From a virus (Duplodnaviria > Caudoviricetes), in the IMG/VR virus record IMGVR_UViG_3300028585_000048, positions 1 to 37,698 of that record: a stretch of DNA of 37,698 nt; one strand, written 5' to 3'. The notes beneath the pieces are model-generated. The model was given only the letters and a program-made list of their open reading frames with translations. It had not been told where the DNA came from and made no database searches. Of the stretch, positions 7,940-17,794 are shown piece after piece. The position numbers and the translations under genes are program-made. Position 1 is the first letter of the stretch, and every line of letters begins with the position of its first letter.

Positions 7940-8425
7940 ATGTTTGTTGCGGTCGCGATGATGCTGGCAGCGCCGGACATTTTCCTTAGGACGCAGGTCC
8001 AGGGTTGGACGATATCCCAATCCGGATTGTCATGTCGTGCAGAGAAAAAGACTGACTGGTCTAAAAAAGTCGTCATTCTTAAGGCGAAAGATGACGCTGC
8101 TTCCTTGTTTCTCAACGCTACCGAATACGGCTCGAGCTATTTTGGTGATTTCAAGATAGATCAGCCTGAACAGAAATTTGACATCTACTTTACCAAGGGC
8201 TTCCACTGGGATGACGGTTGGTTGGGTCAGCGCGTTCAGGCTATGCCAGCCGAAGGACACGTTGAGGTTATGACGACGGTGCCGTTTGCCGAACTCGCTG
8301 CCAAGTCGAACGGAGCCGGCAGCATCGTCTTTACGCGAGGCGATATTAAGTCGACGTCCTTCCTGATCGAAGGGCTGCCCAATGCCTTAGCGATGCTAGA
8401 CAAATGCTCAAAAACGCTTCGATGA
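7940..8425 (+). CDS. Putative secreted protein (moron)
   Basis: N-terminal hydrophobic MFVAVAMMLAA; opposite strand to its neighbours. Confidence 0.6.
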   Translation: MFVAVAMMLAAPDIFLRTQVQGWTISQSGLSCRAEKKTDWSKKVVILKAKDDAASLFLNATEYGSSYFGDFKIDQPEQKFDIYFTKGFHWDDGWLGQRVQAMPAEGHVEVMTTVPFAELAAKSNGAGSIVFTRGDIKSTSFLIEGLPNALAMLDKCSKTLR

Positions 8426-8554
8426 TAATGAGCTAAGCTAGCTCCTTGGGTTCGGCGGCGCGAATAAGCAGAATGAGCAGGCTTTGAATGTCATCGGGCA
8501 GTTCACCCGTTGCTAAGAATGCCTTCATCAATATGATCTGCGCTTGCTCTCGGG

Positions 8555-8995
8555 TCACATGCCACCCGTTGATCCTCTAAGGGGCGGCTGACCTTCCACA
8601 ATACGGATACGCTCCTTCATGCGGTTCAGGTCTTCCTTGATCGCCAGCTGCTCCGCATCCTGTTTTGCATTCGTGGTTCGAATGTCGGCAAGCTGCTGGG
8701 TCGCGGTGCCCTGCGTTTGCTGGAGATCGGCGATGCTTTTTTGAAGCTGGTCGACGTTCGCGGACATCTTCGTCACGGTCGTGTTCAAGCTGTTGACGCT
8801 CGACCCTACCCAGCCAAACACACCCAGCATAATCACCCCGATGAGAACAACGATTGCGCCGACAATTAGCTTCGTTACCCCTCGATCATCGTCCCTCGCC
8901 GGAGCCTGTGCTAGGGCGGGGGGAGGCGACTGCATCAGCTGCATAGCCTGCATAATCTCCATGAGCGACGGATTAGGTGGGGTGCTGTTTGGCAT
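8555..8995 (-). CDS. Single-TM coiled-coil protein (lysis-region, chaperone- or spanin-like)
   Basis: TM segment LIVGAIVVLIGVIMLGVFGWV followed by a long coiled coil; starts right after the holin-like gene. Confidence 0.65.
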   Translation of the reverse strand: MPNSTPPNPSLMEIMQAMQLMQSPPPALAQAPARDDDRGVTKLIVGAIVVLIGVIMLGVFGWVGSSVNSLNTTVTKMSANVDQLQKSIADLQQTQGTATQQLADIRTTNAKQDAEQLAIKEDLNRMKERIRIVEGQPPLRGSTGGM

Positions 8996-8996
8996 C

Positions 8997-9284
8997 TTAC
9001 TCGTTGCCGGTTTTCGAGTGCGGACCAATACCCGCAAGGAGCATACCCGCAGCGATCATCGACAAGGCGGTCTCGCCGTCGACGTGCATCCCGAGGAAAG
9101 CAAAGCCAGCGGTGATACTGCCGCCGAGGAGAGCACGAAGCCTCATATCAGCTGAAATGGCAGTCCAGACTTTGCCAACTGCCTTTAATGTCTTTTCGCC
9201 GATTGATGGCTCCGGCGTAGTCGAAGCGACTTGGGTCAGAACCTCCGCTTGGGCAGTGGTGTCATCCGCTTTCGTATCGGTCAC
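8997..9284 (-). CDS. Holin-like membrane protein
   Basis: 95 aa with two short hydrophobic segments; GAGGGAG SD; located after the tail genes. Confidence 0.5.
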   Translation of the reverse strand: MTDTKADDTTAQAEVLTQVASTTPEPSIGEKTLKAVGKVWTAISADMRLRALLGGSITAGFAFLGMHVDGETALSMIAAGMLLAGIGPHSKTGNE

Positions 9285-9313
9285 GGGGTTTGCTCCCTCT
9301 TATTATTGTCAGC

Positions 9314-9319
9314 TACTTA
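9314..9319 (-). promoter_or_regulatory. TAAGTA motif overlapping the spike stop codon, upstream of the holin-like gene
   Basis: Minus strand reads GCATAAGTAGCTG. Confidence 0.55.
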
Positions 9320-11581
9320 TGCAGCGAACTTGACCCCGATCTGCTGCGCCAGCTGGCGATGAACGCGGAACCGGATGTCTTCGGGATCGGTGCGGTTTGT
9401 GCAGACTGCGGCATAGAACCGGCCCGTGTATCCGGGTGCAAAGCTACCATCCGTGAAGAAGCGCATGACGCCCCCGATACCAGCCGAGAAGTTGGCCGAA
9501 CCGGGATCAGGTTCACGGTTCAGCATCTGGACGTCGTTGGTATGCGCGAGGCCGGGGTTGTGCTGAAACGAGATTGAGATGTCTCTGTTCGTTACCGCCG
9601 AGTTGGCGGAACAGAACACGCTCGATCCACCGACACGAACACGCAAACTCGCACCGCCGTTGGTCCACATGCCGACCGCAAAGTTGTCCGAAGTGCTGGC
9701 GTTCAAGCTTCTAGGGATGCCCCAAAGGGGTCTTGTCGTTGTATCCGTGGCACGGCGGATGGTTGTATACATGCTGATGTCTGGGAAGCGGTAGTCGCCC
9801 GCACTGCCTGCCGCATACCAATCGCCCTTTTCGACCTCTAGCCATTGGTTTGTGCCGTCGTCTCGGAACACCGCCTGCTTGGTAACGTCGGGTTGCAGCA
9901 TGTGCCGTCCCTTGCCGCTGATGTCGTCGAGGCGGGCAACAAAGCTGCCATCGACCGCGGGGACAGTGCCATCGATGTCGATCCAAGCCGTTCCTGCGAC
10001 ACTGCAATCCCACCAGCCGCCGTCCGTGGCACCGCCAGGACCAAATAGGGTCGCGGCGTCCATGGGATCGTCCTGGACGTCCGTGATGTTTACGGTGATC
10101 ACTGCGTCGGTGAATTGCTGATTGATGCCGTAGAAGCGGATGGGCTGCTGCATCGTCTTGGGCGTCGCGGCTTCGTAATCCTGCGCCTTCAACGACAGCC
10201 AATAGCCATTGCGTCCGAACTGGCCGGTGTATGGCCCGGTGAGCGTCGCAAGCGCACCCGGCATATTGGCCGTGATGGGGATGACGGCCTTGAGATTTTC
10301 CGGAAAGCTGTAGGTCGTCGGCACATTCAGAACCGGCTTCGCGGTGGTCGTGGTCATCAACTCTACGCGGCCCGCGTGCTTTCCATCGTTGGCGCTCTCC
10401 TCGCCCTTGAAGTTCGCGTAATCGCTGGTGACGGTTGCCCGCGAATACGCGATCGTGCCGCCAGCCTCGGCGCTGAAACAGGTGTAGCTGTAACCGTTAT
10501 TGCCAGTGTAGCGCCCGCCGATAACGTAGCAGACGCCGCCATAGGAGCCGACCTGACACCGGCTGTAGGGGTTGGCTCCCGCGTTATCCATCGGCCCCGT
10601 GCCAATGCAGTCCACGAGGTAGCTAATGCCCCACATGCGGTAATTGCGGTGATTGCCAAGCGCCTGACAGCGGATGAGGCGGATGTTGTCGCCCTTAAAA
10701 TCCCAGCCGCCGTCCGTGTTATTCGCCGCGATACAATCCTCGAACGTCACATTGTGGTTTTGCGCTTCACCGGAGAAGCCATCGCCGTTCTGGTATGCCT
10801 TGGACGTGTCGATGTGGTTCTTCATCGTGCAGCGTCGAAACATCGCTGGGCCTGCGGTGTCGCGAAGGCCGATACCGATGGCGAAGGCGGATTTGTCCTG
10901 CCGCTCACTGTCGCCGTAGAGGTCTTCGCACAGGATGTTTTCTGTCGCGTATGCGATGCGCGCAAAGGCATCTGCGTAACCCCGGACCGTGATGCGCTGG
11001 AGAACGAGGTATTCTGCGATCGATGCGTGCGTGGCGCCGCCGCCAAGATTGTTTTCCAAGAAGCGGCTGATGTTGCGTCCCGTGCAGTCCGTGATCCTCA
11101 GGCCCTTGATCGGCATACGAACGCGGACGAATCCATTGCCGGTATTGTGGGCGTGGAAGTCGCTGAAATAGAGGTAGTTGGCACCGGAGTTGAGCCGGAA
11201 AACCTCTGCCGAACTGCCGGGGTTATTGATGGTCCATGGCTCGACGCGCGTTCCCAGCACCTCTGCCTTCATGGGATTACCGCTGGCATCTACACCACGA
11301 ATGCGAACCTCACGATCCGCCGACACGCCGCCCTTATCCAGCGTGAATGTCGTAGCCCTGACCTCATAGGGTCCAAGATCGGCCCGAACCCAGACTTCAC
11401 CCGCTGGGTTCATCGCTGCTGCTCTGGCGATCAGGCCATTGACCGCGCCAAGGCCAGCCGCTGCGTTAGACCAACTCGAGCCGTTCTTCGCGCCAGCGCC
11501 GTTCGGTGTCACATAGAAGCGGGGAATCTTGGGAGCGTAGTTGGGCATCCCAGCGACGGTGGCGTATCCAACGTGGCTCAT
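9317..11581 (-). CDS. Right-handed beta-helix tailspike/depolymerase with C-terminal beta-sandwich domains
   Basis: FYVTPNGAGAKNGSSWSNA start and pectin-lyase-like coils (NGDGFSGE, FEDCIAANNTDGGWDFK); follows the tail fibre genes. Confidence 0.8.
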   Translation of the reverse strand: MSHVGYATVAGMPNYAPKIPRFYVTPNGAGAKNGSSWSNAAAGLGAVNGLIARAAAMNPAGEVWVRADLGPYEVRATTFTLDKGGVSADREVRIRGVDASGNPMKAEVLGTRVEPWTINNPGSSAEVFRLNSGANYLYFSDFHAHNTGNGFVRVRMPIKGLRITDCTGRNISRFLENNLGGGATHASIAEYLVLQRITVRGYADAFARIAYATENILCEDLYGDSERQDKSAFAIGIGLRDTAGPAMFRRCTMKNHIDTSKAYQNGDGFSGEAQNHNVTFEDCIAANNTDGGWDFKGDNIRLIRCQALGNHRNYRMWGISYLVDCIGTGPMDNAGANPYSRCQVGSYGGVCYVIGGRYTGNNGYSYTCFSAEAGGTIAYSRATVTSDYANFKGEESANDGKHAGRVELMTTTTAKPVLNVPTTYSFPENLKAVIPITANMPGALATLTGPYTGQFGRNGYWLSLKAQDYEAATPKTMQQPIRFYGINQQFTDAVITVNITDVQDDPMDAATLFGPGGATDGGWWDCSVAGTAWIDIDGTVPAVDGSFVARLDDISGKGRHMLQPDVTKQAVFRDDGTNQWLEVEKGDWYAAGSAGDYRFPDISMYTTIRRATDTTTRPLWGIPRSLNASTSDNFAVGMWTNGGASLRVRVGGSSVFCSANSAVTNRDISISFQHNPGLAHTNDVQMLNREPDPGSANFSAGIGGVMRFFTDGSFAPGYTGRFYAAVCTNRTDPEDIRFRVHRQLAQQIGVKFAA

Positions 11582-12093
11582 CAGACTGCCGCCGTATCGC
11601 CGTCGAGAAAGACGGTGCTGGTAGTTTCAAAACCGATAGAGCCGCCCGCATATTGACCCGCGCTGCCGTTATGGCCCTGACGATTATAGAGCGTCGCACC
11701 GCTGGGCATGATGAAACGCAGGGGGCCGGAGCCAGTCTGCCGCCAAAACCAGATCGTGCCTTCGGGGGCAGAGGGAAGGCGAACCTCAGTCAGCGCAGTC
11801 GATGTGCCCGTGGAAATGCGAATGCGATTACCGGCCTGCGCCAGTGTCAGGGTATGGGGGCCAACGCCTGATAAGTTGATATTCTTGAGCTGGCTTGCAT
11901 CATAGACCGCGCGGGCAGGGCTGGGGACGTTGACGGTCTGACCCGCATTGTTTGTGATCGGAAACTTGCCGTCACCAGCAGTGCCGCCGTTGGCTGCTCC
12001 ACCAAACCACGCTTGAAGCTGTTGAACAACGACGCCCTGGCGAGCGAGGTAGTCCGCGAGTTGGTTTGCAATCTCTTCGTTAGTAAAACTCAT
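11581..12093 (-). CDS. Tail fibre/spike adaptor protein
   Basis: N-terminal helix plus W.GG...G.DGKFPITN..GQTVNVPSP; TGATG coupling to the spike gene. Confidence 0.6.
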   Translation of the reverse strand: MSFTNEEIANQLADYLARQGVVVQQLQAWFGGAANGGTAGDGKFPITNNAGQTVNVPSPARAVYDASQLKNINLSGVGPHTLTLAQAGNRIRISTGTSTALTEVRLPSAPEGTIWFWRQTGSGPLRFIMPSGATLYNRQGHNGSAGQYAGGSIGFETTSTVFLDGDTAAV

Positions 12094-12143
12094 CTTGTTC
12101 TCCCGGCGACCTCAATGGGTATCGCTTCTCGTTGGGGTAGGAA

Positions 12144-15128
12144 TCAGCGCCCGAACGCCATCCAGTCGAAGCCATCCAAAGCCTGCGCGTCACTACGCGC
12201 GGCCTGCGTGGCAAAGGTGGTGCCAGTAAGCGATGGCGCGCCCACGTTTTGCAGCCACAAGTCGCGCAAATGGCTAAACGAGGCGAGATACGGCGTCGCG
12301 TTGACCGAGGCGACAAACTGCGTGAACGGAATCGGAAACGTGATCGAGACCGTGGACTCGCTATTGATGGCTGCTCGATAGCGACCCCATTGCATGATGA
12401 AGCCACCGGGGAATTTCTGATAACCACCATTGGCCGTCAGCGAGTTATACTCGTTGCCGAACATTGGCGTCAGCGAGCCGTAGGTGATGTTTTCGGCGAT
12501 AACGTTCTTAAGGTAAGCCTTATCGCCCTGCACGGCGAACGGGATCACAGCCGTCCCATTTACATCGCTGACAACTTTGAAGTTGGTAGCGATGACGGTG
12601 AAATCTGAACTCGTGCCGTTGTTGGTCGCGACGGTGCCGCTCACGAAGCCGTTTACGTCGAGGTTCAAGACTGCTCTTGCGGTGCCACCGGATGCACCAA
12701 CGACAACCTCGTTTAGCGTTTTGATGCTCGCCGTATTGCCGCCCGACGTTGCATCGATGGCGGTGAACTTCTCTGCCAGCGATTGCGTAGGGGTTACCTT
12801 GGCGGCGTCGAGATTGAGAACGAACGCGCTGCCGTCGCCGTTCTTCGCGCCGATCAGAGCCAGTGTGGTCGCCAGTGCCGTGTTGTTTTCAGTCGTTTGC
12901 GTTTTCAGGTCGGTAAGCACCGTGCCGATGGGCTGACCATTCAGAGTTGTGCGGGCATCGAGGACTGCCTGGTAATCTTCCTGCCTCAGCGCGCCTTTGA
13001 CGATGCTGTCAGTGTTGAGAGCAATGCTCGCTTTGGCGTCCGCTGCTGCCTTGGCGGCGGCGTCCGATCCACCGAGAGCCTTGTCGATGTCGCTGATTAC
13101 CTGCGTGACTGGACGATCACCAACGTAGGTGCCCGTGGGTGCGCCAACGGTGGCGTAGTCGGCGGGGCGGGCACCCGTGCTGTCAGTGACGTTTTCCCAG
13201 TCGGTAACGGGGATCACTTCCGCGGTGGCAACGCTGGCGCTTACCCAAGGAGAGTATACGGCGCTCATCATGCGGAATCGGGCCTGGACCTCGATCGTAA
13301 TGCCGGGGGCGTTTGAGGTGAATGTAAAGCTGCCCGCCTTGGGGTCGAATAGCTCGGCTTGTGCTGTCCAGCTTTGAGCGCCCGCTGGTCGGCTTTGGAT
13401 CTGGATACCGTTGACGCGACCGCTTAGTTCGGACGACCAGTAAACATGCACTTCGGACACGTTCACGCCGTTGGCACCGGCATAGCTACTGGTTGTAAGC
13501 AGCAGATTGGCAGGGCTGATTGCAGTCGTGGCGTCATAGCCCTGAGGGCGGATCGACGCGGGGAGGGGCTTCTCCTCGCGATCCCATGCGTAAATTGCTG
13601 GATCTTCCTCGCGGAGCGTCATTTGAAAAAAGAGGTCGTGCGTTTCGGCTTGTTCCATGACCCTGAACAGCTTGGCGTTCCAACCCTCGCTGGGCAGCGA
13701 AAGCGTAATGACCGAGCCAACTTCAACGGCGAACGCCTTGGGGCCAAACGTGGCACTAAACATACCGGGGGTCAGATACTCACGAAGCAAAAACTGCTTC
13801 GCGATGCGCTGGCAGGTTTCCGCACGAGACACCGCTCCCAGGTCGAGCGTCAGCGTCCTGGGAACGCCATCGGCCAGCGCGGGCTGCTCAATGGGATCGC
13901 CCCAGTCTGTTAGCTGGTAGAGTTCCTCTGGATTGGCAAAACGACCGCGAACGATGTTGTAACGCTCCCGCGAAGCAGGTGCGGGGTTCCAAACGTAGGG
14001 GCTGCTGCCGTTGGCCGGCGCGACCAAATCATCTGCGGTAAAATCAACCTTTGGACCGGCGGTGTCGTCATAGCCGCCGACGAGGCAGTAGGTGCCGCCA
14101 CGGTCGGTCAGCTTGCAAGAACCCATCGCCGCCGTGATCGAGTTGATTACGGTGTCGTGGCTGTCACTGGTGCTGTAAATTGCATCGACCGTGTAGCGCT
14201 GAACGGTGCCGCCAAGTTGGGTAGCCACCCCCTCTTCGCAAACGTTCGCATAGGCGCGGAAGTTGTCGAAATTAATTCGGTTAGCCGGAATGCCCATGCC
14301 CCACACCAGCTTGCCGTTGATCTTCCAGCCGATGAGATAGGTAAGCAGGGCCAGCGCCGGATTGCGGCCAATCGTGACGCCGCCGTCTGTAAAAGCCCAA
14401 GTGTTCTGATCATTGAAGCGATGCGATCCGACGCCGCCACGGGTGCTGTCGCGGCGGGGATCGTAAAGCGGGCAACCATCGACAATTGCCGATAGGCGCT
14501 GAGGAATGCCGCTTTCCCAGACATCGGTGTCTAGCTTCCAGAACGGGACATAGTAGGCGCACCCTGTAAAGCTCGCTGAGGCGTTCCAGTAGCGACCGGA
14601 CCCAACTGCAAACCCGTTACCTGGACGGCCCTCTGTGACTATTCGCAGGGGATTATTGGGGGCAAAGCCGTTGCGCTTCGCCACGAACGAGCCGTTCGAC
14701 CAAATCAGGACATTCTCAACGAAGAACTGACGGAAGGCGCTGATACGGTGAGACGCCAGCGCGATAACCTGAGCGTAGCCGTCCTTTTTGGTAGACGGCA
14801 GGTCCACGTCGCCTTCGAAAAAACGCACGTCCTGGCCGCCAGCAGTGGTGCCGAACACGATCTTACGTGGGGCGGTTGGAACGACGCTAGTGTTGAGGCG
14901 GTCCACCATGCTTTGCGACATTGACGGCACCTTGCGGAACAAGGTGGCAGCGGCGGTCAGAGCCAAGCTAATACCCATGCCTACGATCGCGCTGGTCAGC
15001 GCAGCGGCAGTGAGCGTGACGCCAATGGAACCTGCGACACTCGCCAGAACAGCCGCGATCTGTGGAGCAAAGACAACGACGGCTACTGCAACCGCTACAA
15101 CCAAGACCGTTTTTACGACCTTAGACAT
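12144..15128 (-). CDS. Central tail fibre / host specificity protein (J-like)
   Basis: PRKIVFG, YDPRRDST and NPALALLTYL motifs, an FN3-like region, a coiled coil, and a C-terminal GYQKFPGGFIMQWG (gp53-like) domain. Confidence 0.88.
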   Translation of the reverse strand: MSKVVKTVLVVAVAVAVVVFAPQIAAVLASVAGSIGVTLTAAALTSAIVGMGISLALTAAATLFRKVPSMSQSMVDRLNTSVVPTAPRKIVFGTTAGGQDVRFFEGDVDLPSTKKDGYAQVIALASHRISAFRQFFVENVLIWSNGSFVAKRNGFAPNNPLRIVTEGRPGNGFAVGSGRYWNASASFTGCAYYVPFWKLDTDVWESGIPQRLSAIVDGCPLYDPRRDSTRGGVGSHRFNDQNTWAFTDGGVTIGRNPALALLTYLIGWKINGKLVWGMGIPANRINFDNFRAYANVCEEGVATQLGGTVQRYTVDAIYSTSDSHDTVINSITAAMGSCKLTDRGGTYCLVGGYDDTAGPKVDFTADDLVAPANGSSPYVWNPAPASRERYNIVRGRFANPEELYQLTDWGDPIEQPALADGVPRTLTLDLGAVSRAETCQRIAKQFLLREYLTPGMFSATFGPKAFAVEVGSVITLSLPSEGWNAKLFRVMEQAETHDLFFQMTLREEDPAIYAWDREEKPLPASIRPQGYDATTAISPANLLLTTSSYAGANGVNVSEVHVYWSSELSGRVNGIQIQSRPAGAQSWTAQAELFDPKAGSFTFTSNAPGITIEVQARFRMMSAVYSPWVSASVATAEVIPVTDWENVTDSTGARPADYATVGAPTGTYVGDRPVTQVISDIDKALGGSDAAAKAAADAKASIALNTDSIVKGALRQEDYQAVLDARTTLNGQPIGTVLTDLKTQTTENNTALATTLALIGAKNGDGSAFVLNLDAAKVTPTQSLAEKFTAIDATSGGNTASIKTLNEVVVGASGGTARAVLNLDVNGFVSGTVATNNGTSSDFTVIATNFKVVSDVNGTAVIPFAVQGDKAYLKNVIAENITYGSLTPMFGNEYNSLTANGGYQKFPGGFIMQWGRYRAAINSESTVSITFPIPFTQFVASVNATPYLASFSHLRDLWLQNVGAPSLTGTTFATQAARSDAQALDGFDWMAFGR

Positions 15129-15594
15129 CGGCGCGGCTTCCCATGCTGGAGGTCGCTGTCGCGTAGGGCAGGGTGAAAGCCTTGGTGCAGTGCGCCGTGG
15201 GCAACGCGACTAGGCCGTTGTGGCCGTGTTCTTCTCCGACGAACCAGGAATGCAGGCCAACGCAAACACCGAGCGTGTTCCGATCCTTCATCACGATGTC
15301 GCCGCGCTGCGCGAAAGCCGGATGCTTGGGAGCGCCCAGCCACGCCGTCACCGTCTTTAGCAGCGTGCCAGCGCCGTGATCCCGCAGCGCAAGCGCGGAA
15401 CCAGCCCGGTCAGAATAGGTGTTGCGGAATGCCTCGCCGGGATCGGTGCCGGTCATTGCGTTGATGGCGTCGGCTGCAAATAATGCACAATCGTGCGAAC
15501 CCCACTTGAAGGGCTCTTCGCGTTTGCGATCGAGGAATACGGCGAGGCGCTCTTCCCAATATGGGGCGCGGAAAAGTGTCGATGGTGTCTCCAT
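15121..15594 (-). CDS. NlpC/P60-like tail tip protein (DUF6950-like)
   Basis: PFKWGSHDCALFAADAINAMTG and AQRGDIV motifs, directly upstream of J. Confidence 0.8.
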   Translation of the reverse strand: METPSTLFRAPYWEERLAVFLDRKREEPFKWGSHDCALFAADAINAMTGTDPGEAFRNTYSDRAGSALALRDHGAGTLLKTVTAWLGAPKHPAFAQRGDIVMKDRNTLGVCVGLHSWFVGEEHGHNGLVALPTAHCTKAFTLPYATATSSMGSRADV

Positions 15595-15598
15595 CGAC

Positions 15599-15604
15599 TA
15601 CTTA
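15599..15604 (-). promoter_or_regulatory. TAAGTA motif, 4 nt before ATG 15594
   Basis: Minus strand reads GCTAAGTA-GTCG-ATG; no SD. Confidence 0.72.
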
Positions 15605-15825
15605 GCGTTAGTGATGATCTCAGCGAGGCAGATAGGAAGGCGTGAGGTTAGAATAACTTAGTGGGTGACCTGGGGACGAAGGTGCCGATCGTCTTTAACA
15701 TTCAAAACGGATCGATCAGGGGGTATCTGCCTCACATATTATGGCGAACAGATACTTGACGACGGGATCAAGCTAAGAGAATTAGCCCGCGGCTCCGGCG
15801 ACCGCCGTCAAGCCAAGGGGGAAAA

Positions 15826-16323
15826 ATGAAAATTCTTAAGATGGCCGTGCTTGGCGCGGTAATGGCGCTTGCTCCTGTGGGGAGCGTAGCAGCCAAAGGC
15901 CTTGGTGTCGAAGCACTCGGGGCTCGCGCTCAAGGGGAATGGGGCGGAGAGCTTGGCCTTGGTTACAATGCCCAGATCGGACCTATAGCAATAAGACCTA
16001 TCGCCGGCGTCTTCATACACCAGGGCGACAACGACCGATACTACGAGGACACATTCTCAAACGGTCAAACACGTTGCAGAGATAGCCAGAACGGACAGTT
16101 CGCATCTGACAGTAAATGTGTCAACGTTGGGTTCGATTGGTATGCCAAGGCGGAGGCGGCGTATGTTGCTCCCGGCGGATTTGAACTTGGAGGCGGTGCA
16201 CGCTTTTCGTCTGAAAAGGTCCGGCCTTACGGAACGGCAGCTTTCAGTTTGGCGCCAAAAGTCAAACTTAAGGGAAATGCGGGACCTCGTTATTTTGCAC
16301 TTGGGGTGGCTGCGGGCTTTTGA
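15826..16323 (+). CDS. Small outer-membrane beta-barrel protein (moron)
   Basis: Signal peptide, amphipathic Gly/aromatic strands and C-terminal YFALGVAAGF. Confidence 0.75.
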   Translation: MKILKMAVLGAVMALAPVGSVAAKGLGVEALGARAQGEWGGELGLGYNAQIGPIAIRPIAGVFIHQGDNDRYYEDTFSNGQTRCRDSQNGQFASDSKCVNVGFDWYAKAEAAYVAPGGFELGGGARFSSEKVRPYGTAAFSLAPKVKLKGNAGPRYFALGVAAGF

Positions 16324-16448
16324 CGTAAAGCCGACCGCGAATGCGGTAGTGTCGCAAGCGGTTTAATAATTGCGTTTTAGCTTGATGCGCGATGGGTGGG
16401 CGACCTGTGCATAATACTTGTTCTCTCACCCAATCCATCAACTCATGA

Positions 16449-17123
16449 TCAGCGAAACGACCAATTCGTCCCTTGCTGCTGCTGAATGATCTCACCGGCC
16501 CGAGCCAGTCCCGTGACGCCAGACTTGGACGGCGCGGGATCGCCGTTGGCGCAGGATGCCGCATAATCTTGACTTGTATCGGCGGCGTCAAAACGCTTCT
16601 GGTCCATGTAGGTGCTGTTCGAGGCGTTGCTGATCAGCGAGGCATGCCCCTCAATGCTTAGTGTGAAGGTATGCGAGATGCCGTCATTGCTGACCTTGAC
16701 CTGATCCATGGAGCCAGACCGGATGCGACGGAATGCCCAGGTCGGCGGCGTGCCTGCACCGGGCGGCACGATCATGATTGCACGCCAGAGCGTAGCTAAC
16801 CTGCCCTGATACTCATCGGGATAGACCGTAGCGGCTGCGATGGCCTGGCTAGGTGCGCTGGGGATGGCAAGGCTGATATCCAGCGCCTCTGATCCTGACA
16901 TGGAGAATGCGTTGTCTCCGATGTTCAGGACCACGCCGTGAACCATGGGTTCAAACGTCTTGCCGTCCAGCACGGTATCGGTGCTGCCCTGCACGGTAAG
17001 CGGGTGGGCCCCGGTCCATACGTTCACCGTCTCACTCTTAAACTCCAAGCTGCCTAGGATGCAGGTTGTGATGCCAGCAGCTTCGAGGGCGGCTAGGATG
17101 CTGGTGTCTGTGCCGGGGCGCAT
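16449..17123 (-). CDS. Tail tip/hub protein
   Basis: Position after the distal tail gene; VWTG and SGSMDQ motifs. Confidence 0.7.
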   Translation of the reverse strand: MRPGTDTSILAALEAAGITTCILGSLEFKSETVNVWTGAHPLTVQGSTDTVLDGKTFEPMVHGVVLNIGDNAFSMSGSEALDISLAIPSAPSQAIAAATVYPDEYQGRLATLWRAIMIVPPGAGTPPTWAFRRIRSGSMDQVKVSNDGISHTFTLSIEGHASLISNASNSTYMDQKRFDAADTSQDYAASCANGDPAPSKSGVTGLARAGEIIQQQQGTNWSFR

Positions 17124-17725
17124 CAGATTGCCTCCTTGGCCAGCAGGGATGGGAAGGTGGGGCGTCGATCAACATCGAGATCAAATGACGGACTTTCTGC
17201 GGACGCGAGGCGGAACACGCCGCTTGGCGTAGCGAAGTTGACTGCCGTTCCAATCGTGAACGTCCTTCGCAGCATCGGCTGAAACTCGACCAGCACCTGC
17301 CCATTGGCATCGGCGGCCGCGGGTGCAGCGGTGATTTGGAGCAGCTGGTCGCCCAAGCTAAAGAATTGCCCCACCGATAGCCCAGAGGTGCTGTTAGCCG
17401 CCCATCCGGTCATGCGGATAGTCTCGGCATACCCATACGCTGGGGATGCCAGAGACCGTCCTGTGAGGGCGGTATTGACGGCACTGCGGGGTGAGTAGCG
17501 GAAAGTGCCGACCTGACCCTTGAGGCTGTTGACCCAGCCCTGCACGACCTGGGCCTGAGCCTGGCTCATGCGCGGCCAAGTGATGTCGAGGGTCCATTGC
17601 GCGGCGGTGTTTACCGCCTGAAAGGCAAAGGTGTGCGGACTCTCCATAGCTGCTTGGCGGAAGTTGAGTTGCAGCTTTTCGCGGGCGACGGCTTTCGTAG
17701 GAAAGGATAGAGGATATGTTGCCAT
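17123..17725 (-). CDS. Distal tail-like protein
   Basis: First structural gene after the tape measure; SPHTF...QW...WVNSLKGQ pattern. Confidence 0.7.
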   Translation of the reverse strand: MATYPLSFPTKAVAREKLQLNFRQAAMESPHTFAFQAVNTAAQWTLDITWPRMSQAQAQVVQGWVNSLKGQVGTFRYSPRSAVNTALTGRSLASPAYGYAETIRMTGWAANSTSGLSVGQFFSLGDQLLQITAAPAAADANGQVLVEFQPMLRRTFTIGTAVNFATPSGVFRLASAESPSFDLDVDRRPTFPSLLAKEAI

Positions 17726-17729
17726 CCAC

Positions 17730-17735
17730 TACTTA
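17730..17735 (-). promoter_or_regulatory. TAAGTA motif, 4 nt before ATG 17725
   Basis: Minus strand reads GCTAAGTA-GTGG-ATG; no SD. Confidence 0.72.
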
Positions 17736-17794
17736 GCTTGGCAGACGGTTTTCAAAATGAGGTTTAACTGCGGTAACCTATAGAAATGCCAGCC

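Noticed and set aside
10115-11656. 513-aa + strand ORF
   Set aside because: Antisense shadow of the tailspike gene in GC-rich DNA, with no recognisable motifs.
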